Of a DNA stretch of 35,868 nt, positions 8,037-18,000 are shown piece by piece; within the stretch, counting starts at the first letter, position 1, and each line of letters begins with the position of its first letter. Below the pieces are notes generated by a model. The model saw nothing but the letters and a program-made list of their open reading frames with translations. It was not told the origin of the DNA and made no database searches. The stretch covers positions 1-35,868 of the IMG/VR virus record IMGVR_UViG_3300044633_001084; one strand, 5' to 3'. The position numbers and the translations under genes are program-made. This stretch comes from a virus. Taxonomy: Duplodnaviria; Caudoviricetes.

Positions 8037-9083
8037 ATGAACTTACCTATTTACGAATTAAGAATACAAGAGGATCTACAAGATGATGCTGAGGTCTCAT
8101 TTATTGCTCTTGTAGATAAGCCAGCAATCCAGCGTGACTTTGTAGCGTTTAGTCAAGATTTTATTGATCCAAGCAAAGGCGAAAGACAAGATGAGTTTTT
8201 GCCTAGATGTATTAGCTATGTGATCAATGAAGGCAAAGATAGTGAGCAAGCAGTTGCTATATGCAATTCAATCTGGGAGCAACACTTTGCAGAAGAGTCA
8301 TATAATGACTACCCAGAATCAGCTAAAAATAATGCAGAAAGAGCGATCAAATTAAATGAAAAACTAGGCAATAAATGTGCTACTCAAGTAGGTAAGGTAA
8401 GAGCGCAACAGATCATGCAAGGTGAAAATCTAAGCAAAGAAACTATTAAGCGCACCTATTCTTATTTAAGCAGAGCAAAAGAATATTACAACCCGAGCGA
8501 TAGTGAAGCTTGCGGCACAATTAGCTACCTTTTATGGGGTGGTGATCCGATGTTAAACTGGTGCGAATCTAAAATGAATAATGAAGATTTTAAATCTGCA
8601 TCTATGAATTTTGCAATACAAGATGAAGATAAGCACATTATATCTGGCCCGATCATGCTAGCAGATAAGCCAATATATCGCAACAATAAAAAGTTTGGCG
8701 AGCATTTTGTGACATTCCCAGCAGAAACAATTAAAGATATTGCGATCAAGTTTAGCAAAAAAGGGTATCAAGACAAAGTTAATTTGATGCATGACAAGTC
8801 AATGACTTTGGATGGTTTGATTATGTTTGAGTCATTTATAGTTGACAAAGAGCGTGGCATTCAGCCAATGAAAGGATTTGAAGATGCAAAAGATGGTAGC
8901 TGGTTTGGTAGCTTTTATGTTGAGAATGAGCAAGCATGGCAGCTTATAAAACAAGGCAAAGTGAAAGGATTTTCAGTTGAGGGATTTTTTGAATATCCAA
9001 TAGAAAAAAAGGAGCCAACCTATGCAGAACAAAAACTTGCAGAGTTGGCAGAGTTATTAAAAGTACCTTTATCAATTAAATAA
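8037..9083 (+). CDS. Prohead serine protease (XkdF/Peptidase_S78-like) with two inserted modules
   Basis: 'IALVDKPAI', 'IISGPIMLADKPIYR', 'NLMHD' and 'VKGFSVEGFF' (GFSxEG catalytic Ser motif). Directly upstream of scaffold and capsid genes. Confidence 0.8.
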   Translation: MNLPIYELRIQEDLQDDAEVSFIALVDKPAIQRDFVAFSQDFIDPSKGERQDEFLPRCISYVINEGKDSEQAVAICNSIWEQHFAEESYNDYPESAKNNAERAIKLNEKLGNKCATQVGKVRAQQIMQGENLSKETIKRTYSYLSRAKEYYNPSDSEACGTISYLLWGGDPMLNWCESKMNNEDFKSASMNFAIQDEDKHIISGPIMLADKPIYRNNKKFGEHFVTFPAETIKDIAIKFSKKGYQDKVNLMHDKSMTLDGLIMFESFIVDKERGIQPMKGFEDAKDGSWFGSFYVENEQAWQLIKQGKVKGFSVEGFFEYPIEKKEPTYAEQKLAELAELLKVPLSIK

Positions 9084-9095
9084 TATATATAAAGT

Positions 9096-9680
9096 ATGAA
9101 AGACGCACAAAACATTCTAGAGAAAGTATCTTTGTTTTTCGCTGAATTAGTGAACAATGAAGATATGCCAATGCCAAGCGGCGAGCCTAAAGCAGAAGTT
9201 AAAATGATGGAAGCCAAATTGAAAGACGGCACTATTGTTGAAGTTACTGAGTTAGCAGTTGGTGGTATTGTAACAATTGCTGGTGTACCAGCACCAGTAG
9301 GTGAGCATGAACTTGAAAGCGGTGAGGTTATCGTTTTAGGCGATAATGGAGCGATCATGGAAATCAAACCAAAGAAAGAAGATGAGGTATCAGTAGAAGT
9401 TGAAGTACCAGCAGTTGAAGATATGAGCGCAAAATTTGCTGCTTTTGAATCTGCAACGAATGATAAATTCAGCGCATACGAAAACAAGTTTGCACAATAT
9501 GAGGCTAAATTAGGCCAAGCAAACAAAGTGATTGAAGGCTTAATGCAGATCAGCAAGATGTTGGTTGAAGCGCCTCAGTCAGCACCGGATGCTGGTGTTA
9601 AAACAAGCAACAACTTTGCAGAAGCTAAAACAGACGCAAAAGCAGAGTTTGATAAATTTTCAAAATCAATTTGTTCATAA
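9096..9680 (+). CDS. Putative capsid scaffolding protein
   Basis: Acidic; 'KLKDGTIV...PAPVGEHELESGEVIV' followed by a coiled coil. Lies between protease and capsid genes. Confidence 0.7.
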   Translation: MKDAQNILEKVSLFFAELVNNEDMPMPSGEPKAEVKMMEAKLKDGTIVEVTELAVGGIVTIAGVPAPVGEHELESGEVIVLGDNGAIMEIKPKKEDEVSVEVEVPAVEDMSAKFAAFESATNDKFSAYENKFAQYEAKLGQANKVIEGLMQISKMLVEAPQSAPDAGVKTSNNFAEAKTDAKAEFDKFSKSICS

Positions 9681-9696
9681 CTAAAAATTAAATAAA

Positions 9697-10656
9697 ATGG
9701 CATTAGCATTTTCAAACATTGCAGCATATACTAAACAAGAGATTGCTCCATTGTTAACAGAAGCAGTTTTCTCTGCAAAGACTCAGTCTTACATCAAGTC
9801 TGGTGGTATCTTATTACCTAAAACAAAATCAAGCGTAAAAGTGCCTAAATTGGCTACAAACGCAAATTTCCAAACAGATTCTTGTGGATGGAATCCAAGT
9901 GGTACAACTACTTTGTCTCAAGCAGAGGTTGTAGTTGGTAAGATTAAAATTGAAGAGACAATCTGTCCTAAAGATTTTGAAGCTTATTTCTCTCAAGAAG
10001 CTTTAAAAGCTGGATCTACTTACGAAGATTTTGGATGGGCAGAGTTTCAAACTAAGTTCACAGAGCAAAAGAATAAGATGATTGCTAAGCAATTAGAAGT
10101 TGCTATCTGGCAAGGTAATACTCAAAGCACTAACCCTAACTTATCTAGCTTTGATGGTTTAATTAAGTTGATTGATGCTGGATCACCAGTTGACGCAAAC
10201 GTATCTGGTTATGTATCTGGTGGCCCTATCGCAACAATTACTGCTGCTAACGTAGTAAGTGTATTGAATGCAGTTTACAAAGCTATCCCAGTAGAAATCA
10301 TTGATGCAGAAGATTTAAAAGTGATGGTAGGTAATGATGTTTACAGATTAGCAGTTTTAGCTTATCAAGCATTAAACCTTTACAACTACAAAGTAGATGG
10401 TGACGCAAATCAAACTTTTGTGATCCCTGGTACAAATGTTGAATTAGTAGCGGTTAATGGTTTAAATGGTACTGGTGACATCTACGCAACAACTTTGTCA
10501 AACATCGCTATGGCGTTTGACTTAGAAGCAGAAGAGGAAAACTACATGATCTGGTACTCTAAAGATAACAATGAAGTAAGATATAGAGTAGCTTTCAAAT
10601 TAGGTGTGAACGTAGCTTACACAACTTTATGTGTTAAGTTTAAGTCAGCAATCTAA
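9697..10656 (+). CDS. Major capsid protein
   Basis: 319 aa; 'IKIEETICPKD', 'QLEVAIWQG', 'FDGLIKL'. Strong codon bias, downstream of the scaffold and followed by a terminator. Confidence 0.85.
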   Translation: MALAFSNIAAYTKQEIAPLLTEAVFSAKTQSYIKSGGILLPKTKSSVKVPKLATNANFQTDSCGWNPSGTTTLSQAEVVVGKIKIEETICPKDFEAYFSQEALKAGSTYEDFGWAEFQTKFTEQKNKMIAKQLEVAIWQGNTQSTNPNLSSFDGLIKLIDAGSPVDANVSGYVSGGPIATITAANVVSVLNAVYKAIPVEIIDAEDLKVMVGNDVYRLAVLAYQALNLYNYKVDGDANQTFVIPGTNVELVAVNGLNGTGDIYATTLSNIAMAFDLEAEEENYMIWYSKDNNEVRYRVAFKLGVNVAYTTLCVKFKSAI

Positions 10657-10674
10657 TTAAATAAATAACCAAAG

Positions 10675-10706
10675 AAAGGCGGTGCAATAAACGCCGCCTT
10701 TTTTTT
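10675..10706 (+). terminator. Rho-independent terminator after the major capsid gene
   Basis: AAAGGCGGTG-caataaa-CGCCGCCTTT stem followed by a T run. Confidence 0.85.
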
Positions 10707-10719
10707 AAACTTTTTTATT

Positions 10720-11238
10720 ATGCCATGTGCAATAACAAGCGGATATTCTATTGATTGCCGCGAAAATATCGGAGGCTTACAAGCCGTTTTTTTAGCCGAG
10801 TTCGGTAACATCACATCCGTTGCAGAAGTTAGCGGATTGGTTACTGGTATCACAAAAGCAACCGGCAAAAGATTTTATAAGTTTGAGGTGCCAAGAGCAA
10901 CCGCAAACACAAGTTCAAATGCAACTGCATCCGAGGAAAACGGATCAGTATTCTATACTCATCAAGTAGTATTCCCTTTAAACAAGAGAGACTCTACAAC
11001 TGCAAACATTGTGAGAACATTAGCTAAAAATAAGCTAGTTGCAGTTACTCTAGATATGGATGGCAACTATCGCATGTATGGCGAAGGAAATGGCCTTTAT
11101 TTAGCATCTACTGAAAGTGGATCTGGTACTGCTGCCGGCGATCGTAACGGATACAACATCACATTGACTGGTGTTGAAAAAGATGATTTTTTACAAGTGT
11201 CTGCATCAGTAGGAGCGGCGCTTGAGACTGCTGGGTAA
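10720..11238 (+). CDS. Major tail tube protein
   Basis: 172 aa; 'MPCAITSG...DC...IGG', 'SEENGSVFY' and 'SGTAAGDRNGYNITLTG' are typical of Bacteroidota siphophage tube proteins. Confidence 0.7.
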   Translation: MPCAITSGYSIDCRENIGGLQAVFLAEFGNITSVAEVSGLVTGITKATGKRFYKFEVPRATANTSSNATASEENGSVFYTHQVVFPLNKRDSTTANIVRTLAKNKLVAVTLDMDGNYRMYGEGNGLYLASTESGSGTAAGDRNGYNITLTGVEKDDFLQVSASVGAALETAG

Positions 11239-11261
11239 TTTTACCATAGTAGTACTTAATT

Positions 11262-11295
11262 ATGCCCTACCTACTTTGTGTGGGTAGGGCATTTT
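11262..11295 (+). terminator. Hairpin terminator after the tail tube gene
   Basis: ATGCCCTACCTA / TGGGTAGGGCAT 12-bp stem (one G-U pair) followed by a T-rich run. Confidence 0.75.
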
Positions 11296-11307
11296 AATTT
11301 TTATAAC

Positions 11308-11682
11308 ATGTTGCATATATACAAAGGCATTGACAATAATTTAATATTTACCGGCTTAGAATTGGCAACAATTTCCAACCCGAAATACTTGTTTATTTTC
11401 ACAAGTGCAACAGAAAATTGTGTTACATTTGTAGGGACAAACATAAGCACAGATGCAAGATACCAGAAGGTACTTGTTTTAAAGTCTGTGTTTGATTGCA
11501 AAGAGAGTGGCACTTGGAGGTATAAGATAAGAGAGCAAGCAAGCGCAACTAACACTAAAGAGAGTTTGAGCGGTGCGATAGTAGAAGAGGGATTTATGTA
11601 TTTACATGATGAAACCGATTGTCCTCAACCAGAGTACAACGAGCAAGATAACGAATTTAAAACTTATACAAGTGAGCAATAA
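11308..11682 (+). CDS. Hypothetical virion protein
   Basis: 124 aa from ATG 11308; 'GTWRYKIREQASATN...VEEG'. Overlaps the portal start. Confidence 0.6.
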   Translation: MLHIYKGIDNNLIFTGLELATISNPKYLFIFTSATENCVTFVGTNISTDARYQKVLVLKSVFDCKESGTWRYKIREQASATNTKESLSGAIVEEGFMYLHDETDCPQPEYNEQDNEFKTYTSEQ

Positions 11683-13648
11683 ATATCAATTAATAAACAT
11701 TCAGTTTGATCAAGCGCAGCAGCCTAGATTTGAAGAGAAAAAAGGCAAAAATTATGTTGAGTTTGGTGCAAAAAACAATTATCCAAACTACTTAATTGAG
11801 TTGTATGGTGAGTCACCTAAGCACGGAGCAATTGTAAAAGGCAAAGTCAACTATATATTTGGCAAAGGCTTTGAGGGTGTTGAGCAGAAAGCTAATTCTC
11901 AAGGTGAGACTTGGAATCAAATCATGAAGCGCTCAATCTTAGATGATGAGTTGCAAGGTGGCTATTACTTACAAATCATTTACAATGCTTTGGGTAAGAT
12001 TAAAGATGTATTTCACATAGAATTTCAAAAGGTAAGAGCAAGTAAAGACTTACAAACATTCTATGTTAAGAATGACTGGACTGCTAGCGACTTTAAAGAG
12101 AAAGCAAGAGAGTACCCAGCATTCAATCCGAATGATCCTAGTGGCCCACAAATATTCTTTGTAAAGCAATACAACCCTAAAAGCGATGTATATCCTTTGC
12201 CGAGTTATTTCCAAGGCTTGAACTATATTGAGAGTGACATCCAAGTAAGCAGACACATTTTAGGCAATGCAAAGCACAACTTTGTTGCTACTAAATTGAT
12301 TAACTTTAATAACGGCTTACCTCAAGAAGAGGAGCAAGAAATGGTTGAGACAGACTTAAAACGTAAGTTTGCAAATCATGACGGCGATCGTGTTGTAATT
12401 GCATTTAACCCATCAAGAGAGAATGCAGTTGACATTGTGAACTTAGGTGAGACAAGCTTAACAAAAGAAGATTTTACCAATGTCAATAATTTGATTATGC
12501 AAGAGATTTTTTCTTGTCATCAAGTTACAAGTCCGATGTTATTCGGTATCAAGACAGAGGGCCAATTAGGTGGCAGAAGCGAAATTCGCGATGCTTACCA
12601 GATATTCCAAAATACTTATGTAAACGAGCGCCAGCAAGAGCATGAGCAAACATTCACTAAATTAATGAATTTAGCCGGCATAGAGGGCGAGTTTAAGATC
12701 GTACCAGTTGAGCCGTTAAGCTTTGAGTTTAGCGAGGCAGTGATGTCAGCTAACATGACAAGAGATGAGATCCGTGAGAAATTAGGATTGCAAAGTTCGG
12801 TTGTAGCAGATGCTAGCGGTGTAACAACACAACCAGTACAAGCAAATGCAACTTTGACTAACTTAAGCGGACGCCAGCACCAAAATGTAATGCGCATTGT
12901 GCGTCAATTTGGATCTGGTAAGATCAACAAAGCGCAAGCATCTTTAATGCTTAAAAATGGCTTTGGATTTACAGATGCAGATGTTGACACTTTCTTAGGC
13001 ATTGATGATGATCCGTCAACAGAGCAAGCTTTTGCATCTATGCAAGATGACTTATTAGTGAATGAGTTTGCAGCATGTGGTGACAATGTAGAAGATTTTG
13101 AGGTAGTAGAAACGCATGACGCTAAAGGTTATCAAGCTTTTGCGGATGAGGAAATTAATGTACTTAAAGCAAATGTCTTAGATTTAATTAGCAAAGACAA
13201 GCGTGTGACACCAGAGGTGATGGCTAAGGTCTTAAATAAAAGTGTTGAGCAAATAGATAATGCGCTTGAGGCGCTAAAGCTTGAGGGGTACTTAACGCAG
13301 ACTGGTGTTGCAATAAGCATTTTAAACCCCAACTATACACCAGTAATAAGACAACTGACTGAGCCTTTAAGTAAGATTCCGGGCGGTGACAAGACAACTA
13401 AGACCGAGGTGTTGCTTAGATATACTTACTCTGGGCCAGAGGATAGTAAAAATAGACCATTTTGTGCAAGGATGTTGCAATTGGCTAAGACTAAACTTTG
13501 GAGCCGCGCAGACATAGAGAATATCAGTGAGCGTTTAGGTTATTCAGTTTGGGATCGCAGAGGCGGTTGGTTTACGGAGCCAAACGGCAACCATAGACCA
13601 TATTGCAGACATAGATGGCAAGTTAAAATAGTAACTAGAAAAAAATAA
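11672..13648 (+). CDS. Portal protein with a C-terminal extension (wHTH-like and MuF/SPP1 gp7-like segments)
   Basis: 'FGAKNNYPNYLIELYGESPKHGAIVKGK', 'YPLPSY' and 'IFSCHQVTSPMLFGIKTEGQLG' are portal-type motifs. C-terminus has 'NRPFC...YCRHRW'. Likely start is GTG 11672. Confidence 0.8.
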   Translation: MSNKYQLINIQFDQAQQPRFEEKKGKNYVEFGAKNNYPNYLIELYGESPKHGAIVKGKVNYIFGKGFEGVEQKANSQGETWNQIMKRSILDDELQGGYYLQIIYNALGKIKDVFHIEFQKVRASKDLQTFYVKNDWTASDFKEKAREYPAFNPNDPSGPQIFFVKQYNPKSDVYPLPSYFQGLNYIESDIQVSRHILGNAKHNFVATKLINFNNGLPQEEEQEMVETDLKRKFANHDGDRVVIAFNPSRENAVDIVNLGETSLTKEDFTNVNNLIMQEIFSCHQVTSPMLFGIKTEGQLGGRSEIRDAYQIFQNTYVNERQQEHEQTFTKLMNLAGIEGEFKIVPVEPLSFEFSEAVMSANMTRDEIREKLGLQSSVVADASGVTTQPVQANATLTNLSGRQHQNVMRIVRQFGSGKINKAQASLMLKNGFGFTDADVDTFLGIDDDPSTEQAFASMQDDLLVNEFAACGDNVEDFEVVETHDAKGYQAFADEEINVLKANVLDLISKDKRVTPEVMAKVLNKSVEQIDNALEALKLEGYLTQTGVAISILNPNYTPVIRQLTEPLSKIPGGDKTTKTEVLLRYTYSGPEDSKNRPFCARMLQLAKTKLWSRADIENISERLGYSVWDRRGGWFTEPNGNHRPYCRHRWQVKIVTRKK

Positions 13649-13651
13649 GAA

Positions 13652-14242
13652 ATGAGTTTAAACATACTTTTTATAACAGAAACGCTTGTCAAAAGTCGCA
13701 CCGCTATAAGTGATGCAATAGATGGCAAGCAAATCTTGCCAGTGATCAAACTTGCTCAAGATAAGTTTATATTGCCGGCTTTAGGATCTGGCCTTTATAA
13801 CAGATTACAAGAAGGAATTGACATTGGGAATTTAAGTCAAGACGAAAAAAACTTGCTTGATAATTACATCACAGATACTTTGCTTTGGTTTACAATTGGC
13901 GAGATGGTGATCAGCACCAGCTTTCAATTTTTTAGCAAAGGCGTGTTGCAGAAAGGTGCAGAAGAGAGCAACACTCCATCTAAGGGCCAGCTTGAGTTAT
14001 TAGAGCGCAAGTACATGAGCAATGGCGAATTTTACAAGCAAAGATTGATTGACTATTTGAGAGAAAATAGCACCATGTTTGAGCAATACTTACAATATGG
14101 TGATGGCTTTGATGCTATTGCACCACAGATACAAGCTTACACATCGCCGATCTATTTAGGTAGAAGAGGCACTACACGCAAAGTTAGCAATCTTGATTTG
14201 CCTTATAATTTTAACAATCCTTATGAAGATACGCAGTTATAA
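13652..14242 (+). CDS. Putative head-tail adaptor
   Basis: 196 aa, helical; 'IKLAQDKFILPALGSGLYNRL'. Directly after the portal. Confidence 0.6.
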   Translation: MSLNILFITETLVKSRTAISDAIDGKQILPVIKLAQDKFILPALGSGLYNRLQEGIDIGNLSQDEKNLLDNYITDTLLWFTIGEMVISTSFQFFSKGVLQKGAEESNTPSKGQLELLERKYMSNGEFYKQRLIDYLRENSTMFEQYLQYGDGFDAIAPQIQAYTSPIYLGRRGTTRKVSNLDLPYNFNNPYEDTQL

Positions 14243-14277
14243 ACGCGAGTTTGTTGAGCGAGTAAAAATGAAATTTA

Positions 14278-14715
14278 ATGACATACAATCAAGTAATAAC
14301 GGAACTAAAAGCAATACTGGCAACGCATGCGATGATAAAAAGCATAAAGAATGCAACGCCAAGAGAGTGGCTATTCGCAGATAGCCAGCCGGTATTTCCT
14401 ATTGCTTGCTTAGCAATTAACAACGGATCACTTAACGTAGGCCGTGAGCAAGTCTATAATATCACTTTATGGTTTTTAGACAAGGCTGGACTTGAGGGTG
14501 AGTTTGAGCAAGATGTAACTAGCGATCAGTTGCAAATATGTGCTGACATTATAAGCAAGTTAAGGAATGGCGCAAACGATTGGCAGATTGATGACAATAT
14601 AACATATAATTTAATACTAGATAAGTTTGAGGACTATTTGAGCGGTGTTGAGGTAAGCTTTAACATGATCACTTATTCCGATTACGATGCTTGTGATATA
14701 CCATTAAACCCATAA
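14278..14715 (+). CDS. Putative tail terminator/head-tail connector
   Basis: 145 aa, acidic; 'SDQLQICADII', 'DKFEDYLSGV' and C-terminal 'CDIP'. Confidence 0.55.
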   Translation: MTYNQVITELKAILATHAMIKSIKNATPREWLFADSQPVFPIACLAINNGSLNVGREQVYNITLWFLDKAGLEGEFEQDVTSDQLQICADIISKLRNGANDWQIDDNITYNLILDKFEDYLSGVEVSFNMITYSDYDACDIPLNP

Positions 14716-14720
14716 TAAAA

Positions 14721-15089
14721 ATGAGTTGTAATTCTACAAGCGCTGACTTAAGGCCGGCGCAATACAATGTAAAGATTTGGCGCAATGATAGCTGGGCGCA
14801 GACCTTTGCTTTATTAGCAGACACTACGCCGATTGACTTGAGCGGTTGCACTATTTTAATACAAGTAAGACCAACGCCAACAAGTAGCGTGGTGGCTTTG
14901 ACCTTATCTACTGCAAATAGTAGCATAAGCATTGGAGGTATAAATCGCAATCAAATTACTTTAAACAAAATTGTAGATGTAGCTGCTGGCACTTATGTCT
15001 ATGATATGAATGTGACATTCCCTAGCGGCGAGGTCAAAACATATCTTTGGGGTAATTTTATTGTTCAAGAGGATATATCTAAAGTATAA
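14721..15089 (+). CDS. Small Ig-like virion protein (BppU N-terminal-like fibre anchor)
   Basis: 'PIDLSGCTILIQVR', 'AAGTYVYDMNVTFPSGEVKTYLWG'. Precedes the tail fibre. Confidence 0.5.
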   Translation: MSCNSTSADLRPAQYNVKIWRNDSWAQTFALLADTTPIDLSGCTILIQVRPTPTSSVVALTLSTANSSISIGGINRNQITLNKIVDVAAGTYVYDMNVTFPSGEVKTYLWGNFIVQEDISKV

Positions 15090-15092
15090 AAA

Positions 15093-18000
15093 ATGGAAAT
15101 AATAAACGTAACGGACGAGATCATAGAAATAAATGTCACAGAGGCAGTTGTTAATGTTGTAACACAGAATGGCGCATATCCATTGCCAAGCAATGTATTT
15201 AGCGTATTTGGCAGAGTGGGCAACGTAGTAGGACAAGCTGGTGACTACACAACTAGCATAGTAGCAGAAGGTACAAATCTTTATTATACAGATGCTAGAT
15301 CAAGATCAGCGATCAGTGAGAATATCACTGGAATTGAATACTCAAGTGCAAGTGGTATCTTTAGTCTTACAAATGGCTACCTTATCCCAACGCAAGCAAT
15401 GCTTGATGCAAAAGTACCTTATACTGGTGCAACTGGGAATGTAACTTTAGGCGAGCATCAATTAAGTGCTGGACAAGTTGCGTTTGATCAAACACCTACC
15501 GGCACTGCTGGTGTAGGCATAATGAGATGGAATGATGCAGATGGCACATTGGATCTAGGATTGAAAGGCGGCAATGTTACTTTACAAGTAGGGCAAGAAA
15601 TGGTTGCAAGAGTTGTAAACAAAACTGGCGCTGATTTATTAGAGGCAAACTATCAAGTGGTGCGTATTAGTTCGGCGCAAGGTCAAAGACTAGCGGTGCA
15701 ACTAGCGCAAGCAAATAATGATGCAAATAGCACAGACACTATTGGTATTGTTACTGAGACCATACAAAATAATCAAGAAGGTTTTATTACAATATTAGGA
15801 CAAGTTAAGCAAATCAATACTACCGGATCACTACAAGGTGAGACTTGGGCGGATGGTGATGTGCTTTATTTAAGTCCGACTATTGCTGGTAGAATTACAA
15901 ACATAAAGCCAACGGCTCCGCAACACATGGTTGTTGTTGGTTATGTAGAATATGCGCACCAAAATAATGGTAAGATTTATGCTAAGATAGCAAATGGATA
16001 TGAGCTTGAAGAGTTGCACGATGTTGCGCCTACGCCATATATTAATAACGGCGTGCTTTATAGAGACACTGCTACTAACTTATGGAAATCTGCAACGATT
16101 GGTACTTTGCTTGGATATACACCAGTGACAAGTGCTAGAACAATAAGCACAACTGCACCTTTAACTGGTGGCGGTGATCTTAGTGCAGATAGGACATTTG
16201 CAATCACACAATCTAGCGCAAGCGCAGATGGTTATTTAAGCAGCACAGACTGGAATACATTTAACAATAAAGAAAACTTTTTAGCAAGCGGCACAACGGC
16301 GCAATATTACAGAGGTGACAAGACATTCCAGACTCTAAATACTTTAGCAGTACCAGAGAATACAAATCTTTATTATACTCAAGCAAGATTTGACACTGCT
16401 TTTGGAAATAAAAGCACAACAAATTTAGCAGAAGGCACAAATTTATATTACACAGATGCGCGTGCAAGAGCATCAATTACTGGCACGGCTCCAATAGATG
16501 TAAGCGGTGGCGTGGTAAGTATAAGCCAAGCTGGTGGTGCAAGCAATGGTTATTTAAGCAGCACAGATTGGAATATATTTAACAACAAGCAAGCTGCTTT
16601 AAATGGCACTGGCTTTGTAAAAATATCTGGTACTACAATTTCTTATGATAACAATACATACTTAACAACAATAAGCGGCATTGCTGCTGGTGGCGAGTTA
16701 AGTGGTACTTATCCAAATCCTAGCTTAGTAAATAGCGCGGTAATTGGCAAGGTTTTAACCGGACTTAATTTAACCGGTGGTGGTACTATTGCTGATACTG
16801 ATAGCATTTTAGGTGCTTTTGGTAAAGTTCAAAATCAAATTAGTGCTTTAGTTGGTGGCGTTATGTACGAGGGTACTTGGAATGCATCAACAAACACACC
16901 TACTATTGTTAGTAGCGTAGGATCTAAAGGTGACTATTATATAGTTTCAACTGCTGGATCTACAAACATAAACGGCATCACAAGTTGGAATATAGGTGAC
17001 TGGATCATTTTTAATGGCAGCACTTGGGATAAGGTAGATAACACAGACGCAGTAAGTTCGGTTAACGGATACACTGGTGCAGTTAGTTTAGTAACTAGCG
17101 ATGTGCCAGAGAGCGGCAGTTTATACTTTACAAATGCTAGAGCGATAGGATCAACTTTAACTGGTTATACAAGTGGCTCTGGTGTGGTAGCTGCAACAGA
17201 TACAATATTACAAGCTATTCAAAAGCTTAACGGCAACGTGAGCGGATTGGTTACTGGTGTGAGTTCGGTGTTTGGACGCACTGGCGCGGTGATCGCTGCT
17301 AGTGGTGATTATACTACAACACAAGTGACAGAGGGTACAAACCTTTATTATACAGAGGGCAGAGTAAGCGCAAATACAGATGTCGCTGCCAACACTGCTG
17401 CTAGACACGCGGCGGTTACAATAGGCACGGCAAATGGTCTTAGCTTAAGCACGCAAGCTTTAAGCTTAGCGGCTGCAAGCACAAGCACAACTGGTGCTTT
17501 GACTAGCACAGACTGGAATACATTTAATGGCAAGCAAGCTGCGCTTAATGGCACCGGCTTTGTGAAGATCAGTGGCACTACTATAAGCTATGACAATAGC
17601 ACTTACTTAACTACAAGCGCTGCGTCAAGCACTTACCTACCTTTAACTGGTGGTACGCTTACTGGTGCTTTAAGTGCAAATACTGGAATTAATATAGGAT
17701 CAAGTGGAACAAATGATATTAGCTGGAATACTGCTGGTGGTATAAAATTAAGTAGAACAAATGTAGGCCCAGAATATGCTTTATCTCAAGCATGGACTGG
17801 AACATTAGCTTATGTTGATATTGCTTCATCTTCACAATGGAATGGTGGTGTAAGAATATTACCTAATGGAGGTGGTAACGTTGGAATTGGAACGAGTACG
17901 CCAAGTCAAAAATTAGAAGTTGCTGGTGCTGATGTTAAGATATTAGTTAATTCAACTGATTATGCTGCATTACAATTAAAAGCTGGTACTACAAGAACTT

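Noticed and set aside
9020-9556. 178-aa minus-strand ORF and the other antisense ORFs in the track (e.g. 1778-2101, 12616-12897, 25473-25802, 31012-31320)
   Set aside because: They lie opposite well-supported genes and have no motifs or start signals; they are codon-bias shadows.
14193-14384. 63-aa ORF between the adaptor and terminator genes
   Set aside because: It overlaps two better-supported genes over most of its length and has no recognisable motif. A short product from ATG 14223 cannot be excluded.
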